A stretch of DNA of 64,000 bases from Spirochaetia bacterium (lineage in GTDB: Bacteria; Spirochaetota; UBA4802; UBA5550). Positions within the stretch are counted from its first letter, which is position 1. Each line of letters starts with the position of its first letter. Where the stretch lies: assembly GCA_009885955.1 (NCBI GenBank), contig VFJS01000022.1, forward strand, positions 51-64,050. Reading direction: 5' to 3'. A program made the translations under genes and the position numbers. The notes under the pieces are model-generated. The model did no database searches, was not told the origin of the DNA, and saw nothing but the letters and a program-made list of their open reading frames with translations. Below, one piece after another: positions 36,077 through 46,160 of this stretch.

Positions 36077-37240
36077 TTATTTTTTCCCGCTGAATATGCC
36101 CCTTACAGATTCAATGATGTAATCCACCTCATTGTCCGTCAGTTTTGCCGATAACGGCAGGCTTGCGGTCTCGCGTCCCGTCTTCCTGGCAACGGGGAAA
36201 TGCGCCGGGTCGAACCCGTAGTTTTCCCGGTAGAACGGATGCTCCGGTATGCTGAGATAATGGACGCTGGTTCCTATTTTTTTCCTGTGCATGGCATCAA
36301 GGAAGGAGTCACGGGTGAAACCGGCAGTTTTTTCATCAATCAATATTGTATAGAGGTGAAGGGCATGCCTGGTATCGGGTTCAGGCTCCATGGGCCTTGT
36401 CAGAGGGAGCCCCTCAAATGCCTCCTGAAACCTGTTCCATATCTCTTCGCGGCGTTTCCAGTTGGCTTCTACTCTCCTCAGCTGGTGTATTCCCATGGCT
36501 GCCTGGATGTCCATCATGTTGTACTTGAATCCGCATTCTACAACCTGGTAGTGCTTGAATCCATTGTCGCTGAACCTGTCCCATGCGTCCTTGCTCATTC
36601 CATGGAGCGCGAGGATTTTTATCCTCTCAATATCTTTTTCTTTTTTCGCGATGACCATTCCCCCCTCGCCGGTCATGACATTTTTCGTGACGTAAAAGCT
36701 GAAGCATCCGTAATCGCCGATAGTGCCGGCCTTCTGTCCCTTGTACTCTGTCTCAATGGCGTGGGCGCAGTCCTCTATTACTTTCAGACTATGCTTTTCG
36801 GCAAGCTGTTTTATGGAATCCATGTCGCAGGATCTTCCGGCATAATGCACAGGGACAATTGCCCTGGTCCTGGGGGTTATCATTTTCTCAATCTCAGCGG
36901 GGTTGATGTTCATGGTGTCAGGGTGAATATCAGCCAGGACCGGAGTTGCGCCGGCATGAATGATTGAATTCACCGTGGCGCAGAAGGTGAGGGGCGTTGT
37001 AATCACCTCATCTCCGCCCTTCAATCCTGCAGCTATCATACTCACGTGAAGCGCGGCGGTGCAGGAGTTCACTGCCGCAACCCTGTTTCTGGTTACGGAC
37101 TTGTAAACGGCAAATTCGCTTTCAAATCCTGCAACCCTGGGCCCTGTGCCGATCCATCCCGATTTCATGGCCGATATGATTTCATCAATTTCCGCCTGCT
37201 CAATCTGCGGGGCTCCGAACATAATGAATTTATCTATCAT
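36077..37240 (-). CDS. DegT/DnrJ/EryC1/StrS-family PLP-dependent sugar aminotransferase
   Basis: Typical family blocks are present (FESEFAVY...AVNSCTAALH, EVITTPLTFCATVN, GDYGCFSFYVTKNVMTGEGGMV with the PLP Lys, ALHGMSKDAW). Confidence 0.85.
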   Translation of the reverse strand: MIDKFIMFGAPQIEQAEIDEIISAMKSGWIGTGPRVAGFESEFAVYKSVTRNRVAAVNSCTAALHVSMIAAGLKGGDEVITTPLTFCATVNSIIHAGATPVLADIHPDTMNINPAEIEKMITPRTRAIVPVHYAGRSCDMDSIKQLAEKHSLKVIEDCAHAIETEYKGQKAGTIGDYGCFSFYVTKNVMTGEGGMVIAKKEKDIERIKILALHGMSKDAWDRFSDNGFKHYQVVECGFKYNMMDIQAAMGIHQLRRVEANWKRREEIWNRFQEAFEGLPLTRPMEPEPDTRHALHLYTILIDEKTAGFTRDSFLDAMHRKKIGTSVHYLSIPEHPFYRENYGFDPAHFPVARKTGRETASLPLSAKLTDNEVDYIIESVRGIFSGKK

Positions 37241-37376
37241 AAAATGATATCCTGAAATTATAGATTTACCGCATGATATACTGCATTATCATATATTGTG
37301 TCGGCATTTTGCATATAAAATTATCTGTATATTTACCCTATGCTTCCCTTTTAATTAACCATCTTTTTAAAAGTTA

Positions 37377-37745
37377 CTATTCAGTATTCAAAGCCATTTC
37401 CACTGCGGACAGGAGATCTTTTTTTTTGACCGGTTTAGATATATGTCCTGCCGGGACAATTTTTTTTATTCTTTCTTTATCAGTTCTATCTGTATAACCT
37501 GTTACAAAGAGCAGCGGGATATTATATAATTTTTTTATATCCTCAGCCAGGGTTATTCCGTCTTTGTCACCGTGGATATTGATGTCCAGGAGTACCAGGT
37601 CAGGTAAACCATTACCTGCCAGGGAAAGTGCTTCATCATAATTTTTCGCGATCCCGCAGATTGCATACCCATTTTGTAAAAGGGTCTCATATACAGATAC
37701 AGCAATTAATGGTTCATCTTCAACAATCAGAATTCTTTTTTTCAC
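37377..37745 (-). CDS. Single-domain response regulator receiver
   Basis: 122 aa. ILIVEDEPLI, LVLLDINIHGDKDG, LLFVTGY and ISKP are present. Confidence 0.85.
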   Translation of the reverse strand: MKKRILIVEDEPLIAVSVYETLLQNGYAICGIAKNYDEALSLAGNGLPDLVLLDINIHGDKDGITLAEDIKKLYNIPLLFVTGYTDRTDKERIKKIVPAGHISKPVKKKDLLSAVEMALNTE

Positions 37746-37873
37746 TTTATCCTCTACTTCTCATTCCTGAACAATATGAATATATCTTATAAGAGTTTAT
37801 TGTCAATAAAAAAGGATTCTATTGGCCTGGAAAATCACAAATTGGTTGACCAAATCGCAGGATAATTTTATAT

Positions 37874-38608
37874 TTGGTTCAGAATAATTCAGTAATTTTT
37901 CAGAAAAATGATGACAGATTTAGATTTAGTAAGAAATATCTGAGGGATAGAGTGATAGAATTACAGACTTTGGTCGATTTTTTCCAGTCACATGGCTACA
38001 GCGCGGTTTTCTTCGTGCTGATCCTCTGCGGATTCGGCCTGCCCATACCCGAAGACGTTACCCTCATATCCGGTGGTATAATATCGGGGCTTGGACTTGC
38101 AAATGTCCATATTATGTTCCTGGTTTCAATGGCAGGCGTTTTGCTCGGCGACAGCATCATGTTCTACATAGGGTACCGTTACGGAGAGCGTTTTTTACAG
38201 GAACACCATCTCGGGGGCAAAAAACTCTCCCACAAACGTGTGCTTGCCGTACAGAAATTGCTCCGGAAATACGGGAAAAGGGTCATTTTTGCAGCAAGGT
38301 TTATTCCCGGTTTCAGGGCAGTCATATTTGCCACAGCCGGTATTACCAGGTTCTGCCGGTTCAGGACATTCATCATGATCGACGGGTTTGCCGCTTTGAT
38401 TAGCGTGCCCATATGGGTCTATCTTGGATATTACGGTGCAACCCAGAGGGATTGGCTCATGGAGTGGTTCCGCCGGGGGCAGATTGGAGTTATCATTGCA
38501 GTGGGTGCCGGCATAATCATTGTTTCTATTGTTACCCTGATAAAGAGAAAGATCCGAAACCTGGAAAAGAAAATTGAAACCGAAGAGGGTGCCGATATAT
38601 CAGGATGA
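37874..38608 (+). CDS. DedA/SNARE-associated family membrane protein
   Basis: DedA core is present (FVLILCGFGLPIPEDVTLISGG...GDSIMFYIGYRYG...VIFAARFIPGFRAVIFATAG). TTG start, which is uncertain. Confidence 0.75.
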   Translation: MVQNNSVIFQKNDDRFRFSKKYLRDRVIELQTLVDFFQSHGYSAVFFVLILCGFGLPIPEDVTLISGGIISGLGLANVHIMFLVSMAGVLLGDSIMFYIGYRYGERFLQEHHLGGKKLSHKRVLAVQKLLRKYGKRVIFAARFIPGFRAVIFATAGITRFCRFRTFIMIDGFAALISVPIWVYLGYYGATQRDWLMEWFRRGQIGVIIAVGAGIIIVSIVTLIKRKIRNLEKKIETEEGADISG

Positions 38609-38625
38609 ACACCGGACTTTTTGTG

Positions 38626-39846
38626 TCATAGATACTCATCCAGCCCGTATTTGAAAACCGACATTGCCAGGATATTAATGGGATGAAGGACCCGGTAGCC
38701 CGTCATGTTTTCAATCTGCCATTTGCACGTCACGCAGTCAGTCACCACTACCTCAGGGCCGGCATCATCTATTTTTTTAAAAAGCTGAGAGCCGATCATT
38801 TCGGAAATTTTAAAATATTCCTTCTTGAATCCGTACGTACCTGACATCCCGCAGCATTCGGAATTGAGTATGACGAGGTCGAGCCCTGGGACCCTCTTCA
38901 ATATATCTATGGTATACATTACACCGCCGATTCTTTCCAGGTGGCATGGAGAATGATATGCCACCCGTGCATGAACCGGGTTCAGCGCCGGCATTCTCCC
39001 TTCACTGAACCGGTTAAAGAGGTAGGGAGTAATATAATCAATTTTTTCATGAAGAGTGGAGGTGTCCAGGTTCAGAAAATTGGCATATTCATGTTTAAGA
39101 GCGAGGGTTCCGCTTGAGCAGGAGAGTACAATCCTCCTGTCCCTGTCTCCAAGGGCCTTTTTGAGGGACCTGATATTATACCGGGCATATTTTTTAGCGC
39201 GCCCTATGTTACTGTTTGCAATCGCCGGGACACCGCAGCACCTGTTGTCCGGTATTGTGACGCCTATATTCATGGCATTCAGAATTTTCACAAGATCTTT
39301 CCCGAGCCTTTTGTCCATATAGTTGACGTTGCATCCCGGGAAGAAGATTACACTTTCATCATAGATATCCTGCTCCTGCATATTCCTCTTAAAGCAATTT
39401 TTAAACGACGACCTTTCAAATGCCGGGAAATTCTGTCTCCTGGAAATTCCAAGGAACTTTTCAAGGAGAAGTTTAACAAGGCTGTTCCTCATCAATGTAT
39501 TGGCAATGGGGCTGATGGGGGACAGAATTCTTATGAGGATATCGAGCCTGCTGAGAATAAAATCCCGAACCCTGATTTTTTTTTTAAGATAGTTGTACTT
39601 TGCAGTCTGAATGAGGTCTGCAATCTTAACATTGGATGGGCATACCGTTTCACACCGCTTGCAGTTTGTGCAGTATTTTATTGATGAATCTATCAGCGCC
39701 GGGTCCTTAATCCTGAGCCTTTCCGAATCGGGGCCCGACTGCTTCGGGCCGGGGAACAGGTGCGTTGCCCTGGAAACAGGGCAGTAGATTGAGCATATGG
39801 TGCATTTTATGCACTGGTCAAAGCTGATATTTTTAAGGTTGATCAT
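38626..39846 (-). CDS. glpC: Anaerobic glycerol-3-phosphate dehydrogenase subunit C (Fe-S/CCG-domain protein)
   Basis: Two ferredoxin-type motifs (CIKCTICSIYCP, CTNCKRCETVCP) and two CCG motifs (RCCG, ECCG). It lies downstream of glpA-glpB. Confidence 0.8.
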   Translation of the reverse strand: MINLKNISFDQCIKCTICSIYCPVSRATHLFPGPKQSGPDSERLRIKDPALIDSSIKYCTNCKRCETVCPSNVKIADLIQTAKYNYLKKKIRVRDFILSRLDILIRILSPISPIANTLMRNSLVKLLLEKFLGISRRQNFPAFERSSFKNCFKRNMQEQDIYDESVIFFPGCNVNYMDKRLGKDLVKILNAMNIGVTIPDNRCCGVPAIANSNIGRAKKYARYNIRSLKKALGDRDRRIVLSCSSGTLALKHEYANFLNLDTSTLHEKIDYITPYLFNRFSEGRMPALNPVHARVAYHSPCHLERIGGVMYTIDILKRVPGLDLVILNSECCGMSGTYGFKKEYFKISEMIGSQLFKKIDDAGPEVVVTDCVTCKWQIENMTGYRVLHPINILAMSVFKYGLDEYL

Positions 39847-39850
39847 GATG

Positions 39851-41155
39851 TTATTCTAATGAACTTTTTTTGATTTTTTTTATAACTTCAAGCGCTGCCT
39901 TATACCCTGTGGAAATTGCCACTCCCCCGCCCGAACCCTCCATGACAGGGTTGTAACCTGAAAGAATTGCCCCGGCGCAGTAGAGGTTTTTTATTTTTTT
40001 GGCATCAGCTCCAAAGGGATGGAGATCGGTGCCTGTTTCCACGCCGAATTCCATGAACGGGTGGCTTCCCCTGCTGAAAAATTGATCCGATGCCCATTTT
40101 GTTCTATCACTCCCGCCGGCAACTTTCAGATTGAAGATCGGCTCATGGATCAGGTTGTATCCGCTTTTAAGGCCCCCGCTGAAAAAACTTCCTGCGGCCA
40201 GGATATAGCATTTCGCTGATAAACGGGTATCAGAATAATTTTCCGTTGTTATGTATTCCACCATGCCCCTGGACATTGAACAGCCGGTTACCCTGTCGCC
40301 CGATGAAAATTCCCCTCCATGAGAGGCATAGCTGGTTTTGAGGGCATGTTCAATCCTCATCCCCGGGATTGAAGGCGGGAGGTTGGGAATTTCTATGATC
40401 GATTTTCCAGTCATTTCTTCAAGCCGTGCATGCAGTTTTTCATAATTGTGGATGCCGATAAAGTCGGGCAGGGTGACAACGTCGGCATCTCCTGCCCCTG
40501 TCCGTATGTCTTCGGCAATTTTTGAAAGGTATGTTTCATCTTCGAAAACCCTGGCCAGATCGATTGATCGGAATTCCAGCATGTTCCTGGCAGTTTTTGT
40601 ATAATGGGGGAGTTCTATCAATCCCGTTTTTAATGGGATGTCCCTGAACAGTGGGTTTTTTTTAAGCTGGTTCATGGCAAGGCCGGGATAGTAGTCCCTG
40701 TATCCCCTGAAGTTCAATAAAACCAGCCCTTTTTTCAGCTTGTATGAATCAAGGAGCCTTCCGTTAAATATGCTTCTCTGTGAAAGGTAGGCGGGCTTCA
40801 GAATGCCGAGGCTCGTTATATGAAAATGATTTTTTTTATCCATTGAAAAAAGGTTTAGTCTTTCTTTGGACAGAATTTGCCTGAAGAATTCAAGGGATTC
40901 CCAGATGCATTTTTTCCCAATTTTTGCATAGGGGTGGTTTTTTTTTCTTTTTATCAACTGGTCCAGATGGGTATCGAGGTCACCGGTAAGGTATCTTCCG
41001 GAGGAATATCCGAGAAGATCTATTGAGCCGGATGCAATATGGAGGGCGCTGGCCCCGCATGAAATTACCGCTGTGCTAAGGCCTTCCGAAGAGCACTTGA
41101 TCGCGCAGGTAAGGCCTGCAAGGCCGCCGCCGATAATGATGCAGTCATATTTCAT
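39851..41155 (-). CDS. glpB: Anaerobic glycerol-3-phosphate dehydrogenase subunit B
   Basis: FAD dinucleotide fold at the N-terminus (MKYDCIIIGGGLAGL). Position between glpA and glpC. The ORF opens at 41176; the ATG at 41155 is preferred. Confidence 0.8.
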   Translation of the reverse strand: MKYDCIIIGGGLAGLTCAIKCSSEGLSTAVISCGASALHIASGSIDLLGYSSGRYLTGDLDTHLDQLIKRKKNHPYAKIGKKCIWESLEFFRQILSKERLNLFSMDKKNHFHITSLGILKPAYLSQRSIFNGRLLDSYKLKKGLVLLNFRGYRDYYPGLAMNQLKKNPLFRDIPLKTGLIELPHYTKTARNMLEFRSIDLARVFEDETYLSKIAEDIRTGAGDADVVTLPDFIGIHNYEKLHARLEEMTGKSIIEIPNLPPSIPGMRIEHALKTSYASHGGEFSSGDRVTGCSMSRGMVEYITTENYSDTRLSAKCYILAAGSFFSGGLKSGYNLIHEPIFNLKVAGGSDRTKWASDQFFSRGSHPFMEFGVETGTDLHPFGADAKKIKNLYCAGAILSGYNPVMEGSGGGVAISTGYKAALEVIKKIKKSSLE

Positions 41156-42776
41156 CGGAAGAACCGTCATTATCATTTTTTATATTGCCAAGTCCGAAGA
41201 GGCCCTGGTATATCCAGTAGGTGAATTCAGATTCTCTTAATCCGTCGCCCCAGAGGACCGGGCGCACTCCCTTCCACCGCTCCTCAAGAAATTCCTCCAT
41301 CATCCTTAACGATTCCCCGGGAGTCGTATGCCCCATTTCATTCAGCAGCCCGGCGCACCGGTATGTGCATAAGGCGCCCTGGCACGGCCCCATGCCGATC
41401 CTGGTCCTCCGGCGGAGATCGGTTATGTTTCCCGTATTGAGGCTCTTCATTGCATATCCAATCTCGCCTTCGGTCACCATCTCGCATTCGCAGATCTGCC
41501 GGTAATTTTTTTTGTCATTTTTCAGGATTTTTGATGCCCGGTAACCATGCCGGTACATGGCAGAGCCGATGACAGATTTTGATATCCCCGGGAAAAGTTT
41601 GAGGTTTTTTTTCAGTGATTCCAGCCTTTCGGAGCCTGGAAGCGGTATCCTGGCCGTGAGGCATTTTTTTGAAACCCCGATTTTCCCGGTGACAAGGTCC
41701 GAGGCCATTTCCGCCATAAGCCTGTAGGTCATCAGCTTGCCGCCGACTATGGTGACGAGGCCCTTGAGGCCGTCCCTCTCTTCATGGTCAATGAGAACAA
41801 TCCCCCTGCTGATATCCCTGCCGGCGGTATTCCCCGGGACAGCAAGGAGCGGGCGGACGCCGGCATAGGCCCTGAGAGCCCTTGACCTTGTGATATCGGG
41901 TATCAGCTTTTCTCCGTTGCGGATAAGGATATCTATTTCATCATCATCAACCCTGAGGTCATCTATCCCGTTATATTCGATGGAACGTGATGTTGTCCCG
42001 ATGAGGGAAACGGTATCTCCGGGTACGACAATGTCTCCGTCCGACGGTACCCGGCACCGGTTAACCACGGTCCTGTTGATCCGGTAATCTACAATGAGCA
42101 TTGAGCCCTTTGACGGGAGCATTTTCAGTTTAATGCCGGCGAGGCTGCAGATTTCCTGTGACCAAATCCCGGCCGCGTTTATGATGATGTTTGCATGTAT
42201 TGAGAACCGGCCTTCCTTTGCGCTGACGCATTCAATTCCCGAAACTGCCCCCCCCTTCATGATGATGCTGCCGACCGCGGCATGGGTTATGAATTTCCCG
42301 CCATTTTCCATGGCAGAGAGCATATTTGCCGATGATAACCTGAAGGGGTCAATGGTGCCGTCGGGGACCTTTATTGCAGAAAGGATGCTGCTGTTGAGGC
42401 GGGGTTCTATGGCCAGGGCATCTTTACACGATATCTCGACTGCTTTAATACCCGCATTAGAGCACCCGTCCATCAGCCTGTCCTGGTATGACGGGTCATC
42501 CTCGGGCAGTGTTACAAAGAGCCCTCCGGTCTCCTCAATGCAGTGGCGGGCGATTTTTTTCAGGATCCTGTTTTCCCTGGCGCACTCAACAGCCGAATCA
42601 ATATCCTTGACCGCGTACCTGGCGCCTGAATGGAGGAGGCCGTGGTTGCGCCCCGTGGTCCCTGAAGCAATATCATCCTTCTCAACCAGGATTGACCGGA
42701 CTCCCCGAAGCGAAAGGTCCCTGGCAATTCCCGTTCCCGTTGCCCCTCCGCCGATAATGATTACATCTGTTTCCAT
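41145..42776 (-). CDS. glpA: Anaerobic glycerol-3-phosphate dehydrogenase subunit A
   Basis: DVIIIGGGATGTGIARDL, TGRNHGLLHSGARY, and a C-terminal BFD-like [2Fe-2S] region (CECEMVT...GMGPCQGALC). Confidence 0.9.
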   Translation of the reverse strand: METDVIIIGGGATGTGIARDLSLRGVRSILVEKDDIASGTTGRNHGLLHSGARYAVKDIDSAVECARENRILKKIARHCIEETGGLFVTLPEDDPSYQDRLMDGCSNAGIKAVEISCKDALAIEPRLNSSILSAIKVPDGTIDPFRLSSANMLSAMENGGKFITHAAVGSIIMKGGAVSGIECVSAKEGRFSIHANIIINAAGIWSQEICSLAGIKLKMLPSKGSMLIVDYRINRTVVNRCRVPSDGDIVVPGDTVSLIGTTSRSIEYNGIDDLRVDDDEIDILIRNGEKLIPDITRSRALRAYAGVRPLLAVPGNTAGRDISRGIVLIDHEERDGLKGLVTIVGGKLMTYRLMAEMASDLVTGKIGVSKKCLTARIPLPGSERLESLKKNLKLFPGISKSVIGSAMYRHGYRASKILKNDKKNYRQICECEMVTEGEIGYAMKSLNTGNITDLRRRTRIGMGPCQGALCTYRCAGLLNEMGHTTPGESLRMMEEFLEERWKGVRPVLWGDGLRESEFTYWIYQGLFGLGNIKNDNDGSSDEI

Positions 42777-42970
42777 GATTTTCCTGTCACAGCCGTTGAA
42801 AACTTATGAAGAATAGCCATACAATTTTATTGTTTGTTATATTGTGCCCATGTATCCATAGTCAAGTTAATTGTATCTGCCCGGCAATAAATTATTAAAA
42901 TATTTGACTTAAATATCTATAAAAATTAAAATTTAACATTTCCTGATAATATTTGTCCAATAGGTTTGAT

Positions 42971-44827
42971 ATGTTACTTGATAGTATAAATAGTACTCAA
43001 GATTTGAAAAAGCTCGGGATTGATGATTTGAATCTTCTCTCTTCTGAAATCAGGGAGTATATCATTGATGTAATCTCCCAAAATGGCGGACACCTGGCGC
43101 CGTCTCTTGGAGTTGTTGAGCTGACAATCGCTCTCCATTATATTTTTGATACACCCGTTGACAAGGTTATATGGGATGTGGGACACCAGACCTATGCCCA
43201 TAAAATTCTTACCGGGAGAAAAAATGAGTTCCCCACAATACGGAAACTCGGCGGCCTGAGCGGATTTCCCAAAAGGAAAGAATCGCCCTATGATACCTAT
43301 AATGTGGGGCACAGCAGCACAAGCCTATCCCTTGCCCTTGGCGAGGCTGTTGCCCGCGATCTCCAGAAGCAATCATACAAGGTAGTCGCGGTGATAGGAG
43401 ACGGTTCCATTACGAACGGCATGGCCTTTGAAGCGCTCAACCATATAGGGCACAAGGAAAATGACTTAATCATCATACTGAACGACAACGAACATTCCAT
43501 ATGCAAAAACGTGGGAGCCCTTCCCAAATATTTCAATAGAATGATAACCGGCGATATGTACAACAAGGTGAGGCGCACTTCCAGAAATTTCATCAAGAAT
43601 ATCCCGTCTATCGGCGATGTGAGCTTCGATTTTCTTCAGAGGTTTTTTGATAATTTCAAAAGTATGATTGTCCCGGGCCAGCTTTTCGAGGACATGGGGA
43701 TACGGTACTTCGGGCCCGTTGACGGCCATGACATGGCCTCGATGATTGAAGTTTTTAATGGAATAAAAAAAATAAATTACGGCCCCAAGATTATACATCT
43801 CCTCACGAAGAAGGGGAAGGGTTATATCCATGCTGAAAATGAGCCTGCAAAATTTCATGGCATAGGCCCATTTAACAGGAAGACAGGCATCGCCATCGGC
43901 AACAACCGGGATACTTTTTCGGATATAGCAGGCAGGACTCTGCTTGAACTGGCTGAGAAGGATGAAAAAATTATTGCAATTACAGCTGCGATGAAGATAG
44001 GGACCGGGCTCTATGATTTTGAAAAGAAATTTCCCCAGCGCTTTTTCGATGTGGGGATTGCAGAGCAGCACATGCTCACTTTTGCCGCTGCCATGGCGTC
44101 TGCAGGATTAAAGCCTTTCATATCTGTATACTCAACTTTTCTCCAGAGAGCATACGATCAGCTGATACATGATATTGCCCTCATGAACCTGCCTGTGCGG
44201 ATTCTCATAGACAGGTCCGGAATAGTCGGAGACGACGGAGAGACACACCACGGCCTTTTTGACATATCCATGATCAGGGATATCCCCAATTTTATCATCC
44301 TCGCGCCATCCAGCGGAGATGAATTGAAGAGTATGATCATCTATGCCTCTGAATATAATAATGGGCCTATAGCCATTAGGTACCCCAGGGGGGCGGCGGA
44401 AGCTGACGGAAAGACTGCCGGGTTATCAGGCGGAATGGAGATTTTAGCCGGCGGCAGTGACGTGGCGATCTTTGCAGCAGGGGATATGGTAAAAATCTCA
44501 TTGGAAGTTCATGACATTCTGAAAATGAGAGGAATATCTTCGGAGATTGTTAAAGTCCTGACCATAAAGCCCATGGATCCTGATTTTGTTGAGGAGGTCC
44601 TGGGTAGGACGGCAGGTTTTATTACCATGGAAAACGCCATGATATCAGGCGGCCTTGGGGAATATATTTTATCAAGCATCAAACCGCGGTATAAATCAAA
44701 GCTTCTATTTAATGCAGGCTTTCCCGATGAGATCATCCCTCACGGGACAGCGAAAGAGCTCTTTGAAAGATATAAACTGGATCCTGTATCCATAGCGGAC
44801 AGGATTGCAGAATCACTTAAACAATAG
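42971..44827 (+). CDS. dxs: 1-deoxy-D-xylulose-5-phosphate synthase
   Basis: MLLDSINSTQDLKKL, GGHLAPSLGVVELTIALHY, DVGHQTYAHKILTGR, the ThDP motif GDGSITNGMAFEALN, and AEQHMLTFAAAMA. Start moved to ATG 42971. Confidence 0.95.
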   Translation: MLLDSINSTQDLKKLGIDDLNLLSSEIREYIIDVISQNGGHLAPSLGVVELTIALHYIFDTPVDKVIWDVGHQTYAHKILTGRKNEFPTIRKLGGLSGFPKRKESPYDTYNVGHSSTSLSLALGEAVARDLQKQSYKVVAVIGDGSITNGMAFEALNHIGHKENDLIIILNDNEHSICKNVGALPKYFNRMITGDMYNKVRRTSRNFIKNIPSIGDVSFDFLQRFFDNFKSMIVPGQLFEDMGIRYFGPVDGHDMASMIEVFNGIKKINYGPKIIHLLTKKGKGYIHAENEPAKFHGIGPFNRKTGIAIGNNRDTFSDIAGRTLLELAEKDEKIIAITAAMKIGTGLYDFEKKFPQRFFDVGIAEQHMLTFAAAMASAGLKPFISVYSTFLQRAYDQLIHDIALMNLPVRILIDRSGIVGDDGETHHGLFDISMIRDIPNFIILAPSSGDELKSMIIYASEYNNGPIAIRYPRGAAEADGKTAGLSGGMEILAGGSDVAIFAAGDMVKISLEVHDILKMRGISSEIVKVLTIKPMDPDFVEEVLGRTAGFITMENAMISGGLGEYILSSIKPRYKSKLLFNAGFPDEIIPHGTAKELFERYKLDPVSIADRIAESLKQ

Positions 44828-44830
44828 AGC

Positions 44831-45670
44831 ATGATGAAAAAAAAAATCAGGCTCGATGTTTTTTTATCAACCGGAGGGCATTCGCGGTCAAGGGAAGCGG
44901 CCAAGAGGGAGATTCTCTCGGGCTGGGTCAGGGTAGATGGAGAGACAGTAAGGGAACCTTCAAGGCTTGTCATGGGTGATGAGAGTGTTACCGTTGAGCG
45001 GCCGGGAGGGAGGTTTGTAAGCAGGGGGGGTGAAAAGCTTTTCAAGGCATTGAAAGAATTTAACATAGATCTGAAAGGAAAAAATGCTGCCGATCTGGGG
45101 GCCTCCACCGGAGGCTTTACCGACTGTATGCTCAGAGAGGGGGCCTCCATTGTTTATTCCGTTGATGTTGGATACGGCCAGTTTGATTATAATCTGAGAA
45201 AAGACGCCAGGGTAATATTAATGGAGAGGACCAATGTGAAAGATCTTTGCAATGAGGATTTTGATCATACAATTGAATTTATTGCCGCTGACCTCTCCTT
45301 CATTTCAATTTTAAAAGTATATCCGCGTATACGGGATCTGTTTCCCGGGGCGGAGGGTATTTTTTTAATCAAGCCCCAGTTTGAGGCTGAAAGGAATGAA
45401 AATAAAAAGGGTGTTATAAAAAAAATTGAAACACACAGGATTGTGGTGAGAAGAGTTCTTTCCGCGCTGCTTGAGATGGGAATGACTTTCAGGGGTTTGA
45501 TCTATTCCCCTCTCAAGGGGCCGGCAGGAAATATTGAATTTCTTCTCCATGTTTTCATCAGTGAAAATTCTACGGGATGTGAAATACCCGATACAATCGT
45601 ATCGATCATTGACAGGACTGTGGAGGATGCCCATAAAATGCTGATGGGCAAGCATCATGAGAAATATTAG
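44831..45670 (+). CDS. tlyA: TlyA-family rRNA (cytidine-2'-O)-methyltransferase (hemolysin A-like)
   Basis: S4-like N-terminus (IRLDVFL...SRSREAAKREILSGWVRVDGE). FtsJ-like SAM site (AADLGASTGGFTDCML, VYSVDVGYGQ). Confidence 0.85.
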   Translation: MMKKKIRLDVFLSTGGHSRSREAAKREILSGWVRVDGETVREPSRLVMGDESVTVERPGGRFVSRGGEKLFKALKEFNIDLKGKNAADLGASTGGFTDCMLREGASIVYSVDVGYGQFDYNLRKDARVILMERTNVKDLCNEDFDHTIEFIAADLSFISILKVYPRIRDLFPGAEGIFLIKPQFEAERNENKKGVIKKIETHRIVVRRVLSALLEMGMTFRGLIYSPLKGPAGNIEFLLHVFISENSTGCEIPDTIVSIIDRTVEDAHKMLMGKHHEKY

Positions 45671-45754
45671 TTGACCGCATTTTATCAATTTGAATAATGA
45701 AAAAGCAGCTGGTTAGATGAGGCGGTTTAAATTCTATAAAGATGAAGAAAAAAG

Positions 45755-46132
45755 ATGAAAAGAATAATAATGCTCATAACGCTGTTGCTTCTTTTTTTCA
45801 TCACTTCAAGGCCCTATGCTCTGGAGATCGGGGATATTGTCGCCTATCCTGTTCCGTTTAATCCCAAAAAGGGCCCGGTAAAATATTTAACTATTGGGAA
45901 TGCCCCGAATAAAGCCCCCATTGATACTGACAGGCTGAAAATTGAGATATTTGATGTTAATGGAGATCTCGTCTGGGCCCGACATTTTACCTCGTCCACT
46001 GCCATGTGGAATGGAAGGAACGACAGCGGGAGCTTGGTAAAACCAGGAATGTATATCATAAAGGTAACCGCTGAAAAGTCCTCAACAGGGGATTTCGGCA
46101 GGAAAATAATCAGGATTCTGATAAATTACTGA
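45755..46132 (+). CDS. Small secreted protein consisting of a FlgD-Ig/T9SS-type C-terminal sorting-like domain
   Basis: Signal peptide (MKRIIMLITLLLLFFITS). The remaining roughly 100 aa fit the sorting-domain pattern (YPVPFNP...LKIEIFDVNGDLVW...WNGRNDSGSLVKPGMYIIKV). Confidence 0.5.
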   Translation: MKRIIMLITLLLLFFITSRPYALEIGDIVAYPVPFNPKKGPVKYLTIGNAPNKAPIDTDRLKIEIFDVNGDLVWARHFTSSTAMWNGRNDSGSLVKPGMYIIKVTAEKSSTGDFGRKIIRILINY

Positions 46133-46160
46133 GGGGTCAGGGCTCTGCCATGGATCGGGA

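Noticed and set aside
36200-36967. 255-aa plus-strand ORF antisense to the DegT-family aminotransferase gene
   Set aside because: It lies entirely within a gene with unmistakable family motifs on the other strand. Its translation has no recognisable domain.
42094-42816. 240-aa plus-strand ORF fully inside and antisense to glpA
   Set aside because: It is a shadow ORF of a well-supported minus-strand gene. The product is low-complexity and Pro/Ser/Ala-rich, with no motif and no RBS.
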